64,000 nt of DNA from Gemmatimonadaceae bacterium (GTDB lineage: Bacteria > Gemmatimonadota > Gemmatimonadetes > Gemmatimonadales > Gemmatimonadaceae), in NCBI GenBank assembly GCA_045803545.1, contig JBJMOW010000004.1:1120001-1184000 (forward strand), in the 5' to 3' direction. The first letter of the stretch is position 1. Every line of letters begins with the position of its first letter. The position numbers and the translations under genes were made by a program. Shown one piece after another: positions 27,861 to 37,743 of this stretch. The notes below the pieces were generated by a model. That model was given only the letters and a program-made list of their open reading frames with translations. It did no database searches and was not told the origin of the DNA.

Positions 27861-28005
27861 GAGGTGTGGATGGAAGGGGATACGCGACTGGCGGGAAGTG
27901 AAGCGGTTTGAACCGATGCCCAACTACGGGCGGCGGAAAAAAGGGAGGGGAAAAGCGGAACGGGAAGGTGCGGAGGGAAAGTGCGGCGGGTGTTGATTTC
28001 ACCCG

Positions 28006-28034
28006 AAAGTAAACGCGGAAAAAAAAACGGTCAA
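28006..28034 (-). promoter_or_regulatory. Sigma70-type promoter of rho
   Basis: TTGACC-N17-TACTTT on the minus strand. Confidence 0.65.
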
Positions 28035-28036
28035 GC

Positions 28037-28984
28037 TCAGGGTCGAATGTAACGCATTGGATTGCTCTTGATGTCTTTCACCAACGCCGCCACCAGCTCG
28101 TGTTGTTCGGTCAATTTCCGCGCGAGCACGCTGTCCGAGTGAACGGCAGCGATGGTCCCTAACGGGCTCGTTGCAAGAGCTCGCAGGGTGTCGAGCTCGG
28201 CGAGGACGTGCGATGCCTTCGTCGCAAGCGTCGAGTCCTTCCGGAAACGACCAATGCTTCCACGATTGGATGAGACCAATCGTTTGAGTGAATCCGCTGA
28301 GGCCATCACGTGCGAGGCGCGACGCTGCAGATTGCCGCGCAACGCACTCGCGATTGCGCCGTTTCCGCGCGCTCGCGAGTTCAGGCTGGAGATACCGGCG
28401 GTGACGTCGGGCAAATCCGGCAACCCGCTCGCGCGAATGTTACCGATGGTTCCGACGGGTCGGTCCGTTTTCCTCGTGACTTCCTTGGCGGTCGTAATGA
28501 GCTTGCCGACGGTGGGAATCAGTTTCGCCGCTCCGTTGGCAACGGCGCCAATCCCCGCAAGGGGCAACGCTCGCAACGTATCACCATCCTTTAGAGGCGG
28601 CGACCCGAGGGTGCCGGCGGAGATAAAAATGATCGGCGTGCCGATCAGAGTGCCGCCAGCACGGATTTGCGCATAGGAGTCGTGGCGCACGTGAGGCATC
28701 GCTTTCTGCAGAAACTCGGTCTTGATCAGCAGCCGCTCGAGCGTGTCAGTGCCCGGTGGACGAAATGATATGTCGGTTACCAGTCCGTCTTTTTCGCCTG
28801 CCAGCCAGACCTCGGTGCCCGCCAAAACGCCAGGTGCTTCGTCCGTCACGACGTAGAGGGTCACCTTCTTGCCATGCAGTCCGCCAACTCGCGCAAACGC
28901 AAAAACGGAGAAAACGATCGCGGCGAGGACGACGACCGCGATGAGTCCCCCCTTGAGCTCCCGCCAGTGTATCTGGTGCGGCAT
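28037..28984 (-). CDS. MlaD/MCE family protein
   Basis: N-terminal TM helix; 'APGVLAGTEVWLAGEKDGLV' MCE motif; helical C-terminal region ending 'DIKSNPMRYI'. Confidence 0.85.
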   Translation of the reverse strand: MPHQIHWRELKGGLIAVVVLAAIVFSVFAFARVGGLHGKKVTLYVVTDEAPGVLAGTEVWLAGEKDGLVTDISFRPPGTDTLERLLIKTEFLQKAMPHVRHDSYAQIRAGGTLIGTPIIFISAGTLGSPPLKDGDTLRALPLAGIGAVANGAAKLIPTVGKLITTAKEVTRKTDRPVGTIGNIRASGLPDLPDVTAGISSLNSRARGNGAIASALRGNLQRRASHVMASADSLKRLVSSNRGSIGRFRKDSTLATKASHVLAELDTLRALATSPLGTIAAVHSDSVLARKLTEQHELVAALVKDIKSNPMRYIRP

Positions 28985-29057
28985 GGAGCGAATATAAACA
29001 TGGTGTTTGGCTACTGCTTATTTTATTGGCGACCATGAGCGCCAATAACACGACCGA

Positions 29058-30239
29058 ATGCTGATCGGCGTCCCGCGCGAAATCGCGACCGGAGAACGGC
29101 GCGTCGCCCTGGTGCCCGAAGTAGTGTCGCAGCTCACCCGCGCCGGCCATCGTGTTGTCATCGAGCACGACGCCGGCCTCCGCGCGGGCTTCACTGATGA
29201 TGCCTACCGTGATGCGGGTGCCGAAATCGTCGACTCGTCGAGCGAGGTCTACGCTAACTCACAGATGATCCTGAAAGTCCAGCGGCCCGGTCGCGACGCA
29301 TCGAGCGGTGAAGCCGAGTTGGACATGATGCGCGATGGAAGCGTGCTGATCGGGCTGCTGCAACCGTCATCTGACCCCGCGCTTTTCCAGCAGCTGGCCG
29401 AGAGAAACATCACTGCACTCGCCATGGAGCTGGTGCCTCGCACCACTCGAGCGCAGATGATGGACGCATTGTCTTCGCAGAGCACCGTTGCCGGCTACAA
29501 GGCAGTACTCCTCGCTGCCAACGCTCTCCAGAAATTCTTCCCAATGCTGATGACGGCTGCCGGAACAGTGCGACCCGCGCGCGTGCTCGTGATCGGTGCT
29601 GGAGTGGCAGGTTTGCAGGCGATCGCCACCGCGCGGCGCATCGGCGCAGTCGTGGAAGCCTTCGATACTCGTCCGGTGGTGAAGGAGCAGGTGAAAAGCC
29701 TCGGGGCGACGTTCGTCGAGCTCGACATGCATGACGAAGATGCGCAGGACGCCGGCGGCTATGCCAAGGAATTGAGCGCGCGACACATCCAGCGCGAGAA
29801 GGAGCTGATCCACGAGCGTGCGCTGCAGGCGGATGTCATCATCACTACCGCGCTCATCCCCGGTCGACCTGCGCCCGTCCTCGTCACCGCGGAAACCGTC
29901 AGGGCGATGCGGCCAGGCGCCGTAATTGTCGATCTTGCCGGCGAACAGGGTGGCAACTGTGAGCTGACCGTGGCCGGCGAATCGGTGGTGCGGAATGAAG
30001 TGACGATCATCGCGCCGCTCCACATCTCCAGCGATCTCGCCTATCACGCCAGTCAGATGTATGCCAAGAATCTCGGAGCGCTGATCACCCTGCTGGCGCC
30101 GAAGGCTGATCTCAACCTCAATTTCAGCGACGACATTATCGATGCGGTGACGATCGTTGCCGGCGGCGAAGTCCGACACGCTGCGACCCGTCAGCGCCTC
30201 GGTATGGCGTCTCTCACCCAAGCTGCGGGGGCGAAGTGA
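29058..30239 (+). CDS. pntA: NAD(P) transhydrogenase subunit alpha, part 1
   Basis: IGVPRE..GERRVA, RAQMMDALSSQ, GAGVAGLQA and GGYAK motifs. Confidence 0.95.
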   Translation: MLIGVPREIATGERRVALVPEVVSQLTRAGHRVVIEHDAGLRAGFTDDAYRDAGAEIVDSSSEVYANSQMILKVQRPGRDASSGEAELDMMRDGSVLIGLLQPSSDPALFQQLAERNITALAMELVPRTTRAQMMDALSSQSTVAGYKAVLLAANALQKFFPMLMTAAGTVRPARVLVIGAGVAGLQAIATARRIGAVVEAFDTRPVVKEQVKSLGATFVELDMHDEDAQDAGGYAKELSARHIQREKELIHERALQADVIITTALIPGRPAPVLVTAETVRAMRPGAVIVDLAGEQGGNCELTVAGESVVRNEVTIIAPLHISSDLAYHASQMYAKNLGALITLLAPKADLNLNFSDDIIDAVTIVAGGEVRHAATRQRLGMASLTQAAGAK

Positions 30240-30556
30240 GTCAGGAGCTTGTACTCGGCATCTACGTCTTCATCATGGCGATCTTCGTGGGGTTTGAGGT
30301 GATCAGCCGGGTGCCATCGGTTCTGCACACGCCGCTGATGTCGGGCACGAACGCCATTCACGGTATCGTCGTTCTCGGCGCGTTTCTCGTTGCGGGATCG
30401 GCGGACACACCGCTGCTCAAGGCGCTCGGGCTCATCGCTGTCGTGTTCGGGGCAGCGAACGTGTTCGGCGGCTTCGTGGTGACCGATCGAATGCTCGAAA
30501 TGTTCAAACGGCGCCAGCCGGCGCAGACCGACAACGGAGACAAGAAGAGTGCTTGA
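30236..30556 (+). CDS. pntA: NAD(P) transhydrogenase subunit alpha, part 2 (membrane)
   Basis: LHTPLMSGTNAIHG and NVFGGFVVTDRML motifs. Confidence 0.95.
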   Translation: MSQELVLGIYVFIMAIFVGFEVISRVPSVLHTPLMSGTNAIHGIVVLGAFLVAGSADTPLLKALGLIAVVFGAANVFGGFVVTDRMLEMFKRRQPAQTDNGDKKSA

Positions 30557-31946
30557 TCTGCGCGCATCGGTGATAGCGGTCAGCTACATCGTTGCCTCCG
30601 TACTCTTCATCTTCGGCCTCAAGCAACTCAGCTCGCCATCGACGGCCCGCTCAGGCAATCGACTCGCAGCGATCGGGATGGCGCTCGCGCTCGCCGTTAC
30701 ACTGATTGACCGCCAGATAATCTCTTTCTGGACGATCGCCATCGGCACGCTGATCGGCGCGGCGATGGGGATTTACTTCGGCAGAACCGTGCAGATGACA
30801 GCGATGCCTCAGATGGTGGCGCTGTTTAACGGAATGGGCGGCGCGACTGCCGCTCTCGTCTCCGTTGCCGAGTATCTGCGACTGTCGGGTCACGGCGAAG
30901 TCATTGGCGTCGGGGAAGCGACATCGATCGTGCTGGGCACTGCGATCGGCGCGATCTCGTTCACCGGCAGTATCATCGCTTTCGGCAAGTTGCAGGAGAT
31001 TCTGCCGGGTAAACCGCTTCAGTTTCCCTTACAGCGGTTGGTAAACGGTATCGTGCTGATCGCCGTCATTGCTCTCGGCGCAATGGTTGTAATGGGCACA
31101 CCGACGTCGACTATGTGGCTGCTCTTTGCCGCGGCGCTTCTGCTCGGCGCGATGTTCGTATTGCCTATTGGTGGCGGAGACATGCCGGTTGTGATCTCCA
31201 TCCTGAACTCACTCACCGGATTGGCGGCAGCGCTTACGGGATTCGTACTGCACAATCAGATGCTCGTCGTCGCGGGCGTGCTCGTCGGCGCGTCGGGAAC
31301 GCTGCTGACATTGTTGATGAGCACCGCGATGAATCGCTCGGTGGCGAACGTGCTGTTCGGCGCGTTCGGAGCTGGTAGCAGCGTTGCCGGTGCGCAGGCT
31401 ACTGCCGTAGGCCGCTCTGTCCGGCAGACGACGCCCGAGGACACTGCCATCGCGCTCGCATATGCGCGCAACGTGGTCGTCGTACCGGGCTACGGACTCG
31501 CTGTCGCGGAAGCGCAGCACACCGTTCGTGAGCTGGCGACCGATCTGGAGAAGCGTGGCGTCAACGTTAAGTACGCAATTCATCCCGTTGCCGGCCGTAT
31601 GCCGGGCCACATGAACGTGCTGCTCGCCGAGGCTAACGTGCCGTACGATCAGCTGCTGGAAATGGACCAGGTGAACGGCCAATTCCCGCAGACCGATGTC
31701 GTGCTGGTGGTTGGGGCCAACGATGTCGTGAACCCGGCTGCGCGGGACGATCCTTCCAGCCCGATCTACGGCATGCCCATTCTCGATGTCGATCTCGCGC
31801 GCAACATCATCGTGCTCAAGCGAAGCATGGGTCACGGCTTCGCCGGAATCGACAACGCGCTCTTCTACCACGAGAAGACGCGAATGCTGTTTGGCGACGC
31901 TCGGAAGTCGCTGACGGAAATCGAGCAGGCGCTCAAAACGGCGTAA
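30549..31946 (+). CDS. pntB: NAD(P) transhydrogenase subunit beta
   Basis: MPQMVALFNG, IGGGDMPVVIS, PGYGLAVA and HPVAGRMPGHMNV motifs. Confidence 0.97.
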   Translation: MLDLRASVIAVSYIVASVLFIFGLKQLSSPSTARSGNRLAAIGMALALAVTLIDRQIISFWTIAIGTLIGAAMGIYFGRTVQMTAMPQMVALFNGMGGATAALVSVAEYLRLSGHGEVIGVGEATSIVLGTAIGAISFTGSIIAFGKLQEILPGKPLQFPLQRLVNGIVLIAVIALGAMVVMGTPTSTMWLLFAAALLLGAMFVLPIGGGDMPVVISILNSLTGLAAALTGFVLHNQMLVVAGVLVGASGTLLTLLMSTAMNRSVANVLFGAFGAGSSVAGAQATAVGRSVRQTTPEDTAIALAYARNVVVVPGYGLAVAEAQHTVRELATDLEKRGVNVKYAIHPVAGRMPGHMNVLLAEANVPYDQLLEMDQVNGQFPQTDVVLVVGANDVVNPAARDDPSSPIYGMPILDVDLARNIIVLKRSMGHGFAGIDNALFYHEKTRMLFGDARKSLTEIEQALKTA

Positions 31947-31949
31947 CCC

Positions 31950-33422
31950 GTGAGAGTCCTGACCGGGTTCGCCATGCTGTTTGCTCTGCTCGGTGTGGCT
32001 GCTTTCAGCGGCAGTGGCCGTAGTGCTCCCGCCCGTCAGGGAACTTCAACTGTCATTATCGACGGCGTGTCCGTTGTTGATGTGGTGCGCGGCGTCGTGC
32101 GCGCGCAGATGCGCGTGGTGATACGCAACACCCGCATCGTCAGCATCGAGCGCGCACCTCGTACTGCGCTGCCGCCGCCCGCAGACACCGTGATCGATGG
32201 TCGCGGAAAGTTTTTGATTCCCGGCTTGTGGGACATGCACGTCCACATCGACACGACGGAAGCGTGGTTCTTTCCGCTGGCGATTGCTGCCGGTGTGACG
32301 TCTGTGCGCGACATGGGTGGGTTGCTGTCGCGCGTGCGTCGGTGGAAGCAGCCGTCCGCGCCCGGAGCGTTGCGTCCAACGATTATTGCCGCCGGTCCGC
32401 TGGTTACCGGCCCTGTTACCGATACTGATTCGCGACTCGTGCGCGTGGCCAACGCGGTGCAGGGGCGGCGTGTCGTCGATACGCTCCTCGATCGCGGCGT
32501 CGATTTCATCAAGGTCCACGACTGGCTGGGTCGGGACGCGTATCTCGCTGTGGCCGCGGAAGCGCGCGCGCGTGGCTCCTACATAGCTGGCCACCTGCCG
32601 ATTGCCGTTGATCCAATCGACGCGGTCCGCGCTCGACAGCGCAGCATCGAACACATGGGCAGCGGCTGGTCCGGACTGCTCCTCTTTGCGTCTGGCGATC
32701 GCAGGGTGATCGACTCAGTCAGCAAGTGGGCAAACGTCGCGGCCGGTACTACTGACCTGATGAAGCACTTCACGCGCTCGTGGCAGCGACGTTTAGCGGA
32801 CTCCTTCAGTCCTGCTCGGGCGAGGTCATTGTGCAGTACGCTTGCCGGCGGGCGGGTGTGGCTCACGCCAACCACGTACTTCTCCGCGTATCTCACCCTC
32901 ATGCCTTTGAACGCCGCACTGCTGAGGGATCCGCGACTGAACTACTTACCGCCGTCGGTTCGCGATCTCGCTCCAGAGGTCGTGCCGGCTGATCGTTTTT
33001 CACGCGCCTCGCGAACGAGCCCGAATATCGGTGTCTACGAAACGCGCGCGAGGCTGATCCGAATTTGTCGTGACCAGGGAGTACAATTCCTCGCCGGCAC
33101 CGACGTCGGTCCCTACAGCCCGATGATTCCTGGATTCTCCCTGCACGACGAGCTCGAGCGGTTCGTCGCCGACGGCTTCACTCCCATCCAGGCTCTGCGC
33201 ACGGCGACCATCAACCCCGCGCGGTTTTTCAACGCCGCTGACACCCTTGGTTCCGTCGCTCCGGGCAAGCGCGCTGACCTCGTGCTCCTGGATGCAAACC
33301 CGCTGACGAACATCAACAACATCCGTCGCATCAACGCCGTCATACTCAACGGAATCCTGATAGATCAGGCTCACCGACAGCAGATGCTCGACTCTTTGTC
33401 AGCGAGATTCGCGACACACTGA
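31950..33422 (+). CDS. Exported amidohydrolase family protein
   Basis: Signal peptide; IPGLWDMHVH, FIKV, SIEH, AGTD and GKRADLVLL motifs. Confidence 0.88.
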   Translation: MRVLTGFAMLFALLGVAAFSGSGRSAPARQGTSTVIIDGVSVVDVVRGVVRAQMRVVIRNTRIVSIERAPRTALPPPADTVIDGRGKFLIPGLWDMHVHIDTTEAWFFPLAIAAGVTSVRDMGGLLSRVRRWKQPSAPGALRPTIIAAGPLVTGPVTDTDSRLVRVANAVQGRRVVDTLLDRGVDFIKVHDWLGRDAYLAVAAEARARGSYIAGHLPIAVDPIDAVRARQRSIEHMGSGWSGLLLFASGDRRVIDSVSKWANVAAGTTDLMKHFTRSWQRRLADSFSPARARSLCSTLAGGRVWLTPTTYFSAYLTLMPLNAALLRDPRLNYLPPSVRDLAPEVVPADRFSRASRTSPNIGVYETRARLIRICRDQGVQFLAGTDVGPYSPMIPGFSLHDELERFVADGFTPIQALRTATINPARFFNAADTLGSVAPGKRADLVLLDANPLTNINNIRRINAVILNGILIDQAHRQQMLDSLSARFATH

Positions 33423-33425
33423 GAA

Positions 33426-33499
33426 TGCGCGCGGCGGGACTCGAACCCACGACCTTCGGCTCCGGAGGCCGACGCTCTATCCAACTGAGCTACGCGCGC
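33426..33499 (-). tRNA. tRNA-Arg(CCG)
   Basis: Cloverleaf GCGCGCGTAGCTCAGTTGGATAGAGC..TCGGC-CT-CCG-GA-GCCGA..GGTTCGAGTCC; no encoded CCA. Confidence 0.97.
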
Positions 33500-33532
33500 A
33501 AAAAAAACACTAGGAGGAATTAACTTCCTCTG

Positions 33533-34975
33533 ATGACACCAGCAAAACGAAAGATAACGGTCCTGCCAGGTGATGGAATCGGCCCCGAAGTCGTCGATTC
33601 CGCCCTCGCCATCATAGAGGCAACAAATATCCCGCTCGAATTCGAGAAATGCGAAGCGGGCGCTCGAGTGTTCCAGACAGGAATCCCTACCGGCATCCCC
33701 AAAGAGACCATCGACTCCATCGGGCGCAATAAGGTCGTCCTGAAAGGACCGCTCGAGACGCCAATCGGCTATGGCAATCGTAGCGCCAACGTCACTCTCC
33801 GGGCGTTGTTCGAAACCTACGGCAACATTCGGCCGGTCCGTGAGCTTCCCGGCGTTCAAACAGCGTTTACCGGCCGCGCACTCGACATCGTCATCGTGCG
33901 CGAGAACGTCGAGGACCTTTACGCCGGCATCGAGTATATGCAGACGCCGGGAGTCGCCGAGAGCCTGAAGCTGATTTCGCGCGAAGGCTGCGAGAAGATC
34001 GTCAAGCTTGCGTTCAGCTACGCCGTCGCCGAAGGACGAAAGGCCGTCCACTGCGCGACGAAGTCGAACATCCTCAAGCTCACCGAGGGCTTGCTTCAGC
34101 ACACCTTCGAGGAAATCGCGCCGCAGTATCCGCAGATTGTCTCGAAGCACATTTTGATCGATAACGCCGCGCACCAATTGGCGATGCGTCCCGAGCAGTT
34201 CGACGTCATCGTCACCACCAACATGAATGGCGACATCCTCAGCGATCTGACGTCCGGCCTCACCGGTGGGCTTGGCTTTGCTCCGTCGGCGAACATCGGG
34301 AACGATGTCTCGATTTTCGAGGCGGTGCACGGCTCGGCGCCAGACATCGCCGGTAAGAACAAAGCCAATCCGACCGCGCTCGTCCTCAGCGCGGCGATGA
34401 TGCTCCGTCACCTTGGCGAAGGGAAAGCGGCGAACGACGTCGAGCAGGCAGTGCTGGTCAGTCTCGAGAGCGGGATTCGCACCAGCGACATGATGGGAAC
34501 TGCCAAGCCCGCGACGACTTCAGAATTCACCCAGGCGATTATATCGAACCTCGGCAAGACGTCGAAGTTGAGCCCTCCCAAGAAATACACGAGCGTTGAC
34601 CTACCGCCCCACCATCCGGGCGTGAACGCGGTGCCCGCCAGGAGCAGGCGGTTGACCGGTCTCGATGTCTACATCGAGTCCACTCTCGAGCCGGCCCAGC
34701 TCGCCTCCGGTCTCGACGAGTCAATGTCATCATCGCCGCTCAAGCTGGAGATGATCACCAACCGCGGGGCGATCGTGTTCCCGTCGAGTGGTCGCCGCGT
34801 TTCGCTGGTAGACCACTACCGCTGTCGCTTTGTCCTGCGTGATGGCGAGACCAGACTAGGCGATGAAGAGATACTCTCTCTACTCTCTACTCTCGGCCGC
34901 TCGCACCGCTGGATGCACGTTGAGAAGCTGCAGGAGTTCGATGGAGAGGCGGCGTACTCCAAGTCGCAGGTTTAA
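33533..34975 (+). CDS. icd: Isocitrate dehydrogenase (NADP), type with C-terminal extension
   Basis: GDGIGPEV, KGPLETP, SANVTLR, RENVEDLY, NMNGDILSD and EAVHGSAPDIAG motifs. Confidence 0.93.
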   Translation: MTPAKRKITVLPGDGIGPEVVDSALAIIEATNIPLEFEKCEAGARVFQTGIPTGIPKETIDSIGRNKVVLKGPLETPIGYGNRSANVTLRALFETYGNIRPVRELPGVQTAFTGRALDIVIVRENVEDLYAGIEYMQTPGVAESLKLISREGCEKIVKLAFSYAVAEGRKAVHCATKSNILKLTEGLLQHTFEEIAPQYPQIVSKHILIDNAAHQLAMRPEQFDVIVTTNMNGDILSDLTSGLTGGLGFAPSANIGNDVSIFEAVHGSAPDIAGKNKANPTALVLSAAMMLRHLGEGKAANDVEQAVLVSLESGIRTSDMMGTAKPATTSEFTQAIISNLGKTSKLSPPKKYTSVDLPPHHPGVNAVPARSRRLTGLDVYIESTLEPAQLASGLDESMSSSPLKLEMITNRGAIVFPSSGRRVSLVDHYRCRFVLRDGETRLGDEEILSLLSTLGRSHRWMHVEKLQEFDGEAAYSKSQV

Positions 34976-34994
34976 CAAAACCTAAGAGGTACCG

Positions 34995-36746
34995 ATGTCA
35001 GCTACGCTAGACCGGCGCTCGTTCATGACCTACTTCTCCGGCGTCGGATTGACTTCAACGTTATTTCCGGGTGTGCTCTGGGCGAAGCTGGCGGGCGGCG
35101 CTGACATTACCGTCGACACCATCGCCAGCGCCGAAGAAGTGGCGGGACTGCACTTCGATCCGCAGGAGCGCGAGTTGATGCTGGACGGATTGAAACAGCA
35201 GGAACAACGCATCGAAGCGCTGCACAAGATCCCGCTGGATAACTCCGTTAGCCCCGCAATCAAGTTCGACCCACTGCCGCCGGGCAAGTTGCTCACGCCG
35301 ATGGCACACCGACCAATGCGAAGATCGAAAGTCGCGGATCGCGCAACCCCCGCGAATCTCGACGAGCTGGCGTTCCTGCCGGTGAGCGAGCTCTCTGAGC
35401 TCCTGCGGCGTCGACGTGTTACCTCGACGCAGCTGACGCAGATGTACGTTGCACGCCTCAAAAAGTACGATCCCGTTTTGCACTGCGTGATCTCTCTCAC
35501 CGAGGAGCGCGCACTCAAGCAGGCTGCCGCCGCCGACGCTGAGATCAGTCGCGGCCACTACCGAGGTCCACTACACGGGATTCCGTGGGGCGCCAAGGAC
35601 CTCCTCGCCGTGCGCGGCTACAAGACGACCTGGGGCGCTGGCCCATTCAAGGACCAGGTCATCGACACCGACGCCACCGTCGTCCAACGTCTCGATGATG
35701 CCGGCGCAGTTCTGATCGCCAAGCTCACGCTGGGCGAGTTGGCCCAGGGCGATATCTGGTTTGGTGCGACTACCAGGAATCCCTGGAAAGTGGATCAGGG
35801 CTCGAGCGGATCATCGGCAGGTCCAGCCTCCGCGACCGCCGCCGGCCTCGTTGGATTTTCGATCGGCAGCGAGACACTCGGCTCGATTTCGTCGCCATCA
35901 ACCCGCTGCGGCACCACGGGACTCCGCCCGACCTTTGGCCGTGTTCCGCGGACGGGCGCGATGGCGCTGTCGTGGACTATGGACAAGCTCGGCCCCATTT
36001 GCCGAAGCGTGGAAGACTGCGCGTTGGTCCTGGATGCGATCTATGGCCCGGATGGAAAGGACAACACCGTCATCCCCGCCGACTATCACTGGAACGCGCA
36101 CCTTTCGCCTGCCTCGCTCCGCGTTGGATACGTGAAGTCGGCTTTCGATTTGCCACAGCTCGATCCCGCGGATGCAAAGCGCACGCTGCACGCGACAAAA
36201 AACTTCGATGACCCTGCGCTGGATGTCCTGCGGCGAATGGGGATCCATCTGATTGCTGTCGATTTGCCCGACGTTCCCTACGACGCGATGCGCATCATCC
36301 TGAGCGCAGAAGCAGCCGCATCGTTCGACGAGCTCACGCGCACCGATCGCGACAAGGAGTTGGTCCAACAAGGCAAGTTCGATTGGCCGAACTCGTTCAG
36401 AACATCGCGGTTCATCCCGGCTGTCGACTATGTGAATGCCAACCGTGTGCGCACGATTGCAATTCAGAAGTGGGATGATTTAATGCGAACGGTGGACGTC
36501 ATCGTGACGCCCACCGGTGCTGCTAACCTTTCTCAGCTCGTCGCGACCAATCTCACCGGACATCCAGCGGTCATCCTTCCCAATGGTTTCCGCGATGATG
36601 GTACTCCGGTCTCGCTGACTTTCCTCGGCGGACTATTCGAGGAGGCGAAGCTGCTGGCGGTGGCGAAAGCGTATCAGGATGCCACAGGCTTTCACCTGCG
36701 GCATCCCGTCGTACCACTCACGGCGACAGAGAAAACTCCAGCTTGA
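34995..36746 (+). CDS. Amidase-signature family enzyme, probably Tat-exported
   Basis: LDRRSFM Tat motif; GIPWGAKD, GSSGSSAG and IGSETLGSI motifs. Confidence 0.92.
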   Translation: MSATLDRRSFMTYFSGVGLTSTLFPGVLWAKLAGGADITVDTIASAEEVAGLHFDPQERELMLDGLKQQEQRIEALHKIPLDNSVSPAIKFDPLPPGKLLTPMAHRPMRRSKVADRATPANLDELAFLPVSELSELLRRRRVTSTQLTQMYVARLKKYDPVLHCVISLTEERALKQAAAADAEISRGHYRGPLHGIPWGAKDLLAVRGYKTTWGAGPFKDQVIDTDATVVQRLDDAGAVLIAKLTLGELAQGDIWFGATTRNPWKVDQGSSGSSAGPASATAAGLVGFSIGSETLGSISSPSTRCGTTGLRPTFGRVPRTGAMALSWTMDKLGPICRSVEDCALVLDAIYGPDGKDNTVIPADYHWNAHLSPASLRVGYVKSAFDLPQLDPADAKRTLHATKNFDDPALDVLRRMGIHLIAVDLPDVPYDAMRIILSAEAAASFDELTRTDRDKELVQQGKFDWPNSFRTSRFIPAVDYVNANRVRTIAIQKWDDLMRTVDVIVTPTGAANLSQLVATNLTGHPAVILPNGFRDDGTPVSLTFLGGLFEEAKLLAVAKAYQDATGFHLRHPVVPLTATEKTPA

Positions 36747-37482
36747 CGTAAGCGGCGTTATCCCGGCCGCTTGTAAAGGACGGTCCCGAGCCTCCCACCG
36801 TTTTCCATCCGCCGGCGAGCGTCGTTCTGAAATTGGGCGTCCAGCCGTACTCGAACGTCGGACCCACCTGGAACGAGTTGCTGGTATTGCCGTTGAGACC
36901 GCCGCCCTGGCCGACCAACTCTGCGCCGATGCGGGCAGGGTGCGACCGGGAGTTGCCGAAAGGTACGGATGCGCGACCTCGCGCCCATACGTAGTGGCTG
37001 CCGAAGTTGTAGTTCGACAGCAGCTGGGTGCGAAGCGCCCGACGCCCTGATCCGTTCGAGTAAGCGCCGAAGCTCGCGGTGGCACCGCTCTTACCACCGC
37101 TCTCTGCGCCGGGCGCGGCCGGGTTCTCGTTACTGACCCACGTGTAACCACCACCGAACGACACACCGCCGCTGCGTCCGGCGTATGCAAGCCCTACCGT
37201 GGGCGAGATCGCCTTCAGATTCGACGTCACATCCACCGACTGAATGGGGCGATAGTGAAGCAGGTATCCGTTGACATTGAGGTACGGAGACCAGCCCAGG
37301 CCCCCCATCCCAACGTACAGGCCCAACAGATAAAACTGGCTGTGCCTGGTATCGAGCTCAGTGGATCCGTAAAGGGTCGGATGAAGCTGGCGCGTCTGCG
37401 CTTTTGCGGCAGGCGCAAACGCAGTCAGTCCAGTAAATGTCACCAGCGCGAGTACCGCGTTCCGATGTTTGTTCAGTTGCAT
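36718..37482 (-). CDS. Exported beta-rich protein, probable outer-membrane barrel (possibly BcsS/YaiO-like)
   Basis: Signal peptide (AKA-Q); Gly/aromatic amphipathic strands; final strand YVKLEFSL. The family assignment is tentative. Confidence 0.55.
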   Translation of the reverse strand: MQLNKHRNAVLALVTFTGLTAFAPAAKAQTRQLHPTLYGSTELDTRHSQFYLLGLYVGMGGLGWSPYLNVNGYLLHYRPIQSVDVTSNLKAISPTVGLAYAGRSGGVSFGGGYTWVSNENPAAPGAESGGKSGATASFGAYSNGSGRRALRTQLLSNYNFGSHYVWARGRASVPFGNSRSHPARIGAELVGQGGGLNGNTSNSFQVGPTFEYGWTPNFRTTLAGGWKTVGGSGPSFTSGRDNAAYVKLEFSLSP

Positions 37483-37693
37483 ATTCTTCTCTCGGTTTAG
37501 TGGTGCCTTCGGCTCACTGCATCGCCAGTTTTCGAGAATTTCTCGTCGGCCGGAAGCGTCACAGCATCTGTGCATGAGCCCGGGTACGGGTATGCCAGAT
37601 TCGTACCTTTGCTGGCTTTTTTTCCCCGCTGCCGCCTTACAATTTGCCGGTGGCGAAGCGTCGAAAGCGTTGCCAGATAATCACCTAGGCAGG

Positions 37694-37709
37694 CGGCAGA
37701 ATTCCTGCA
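37694..37709 (+). promoter_or_regulatory. Possible sigma54-type promoter
   Basis: CGGCAG-AATTC-CTGCA (GG-N10-GC), 35 nt before ATG 37744. Confidence 0.4.
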
Positions 37710-37743
37710 TCGCGAGGCACCACACGTAGTCCACTACCTGACA

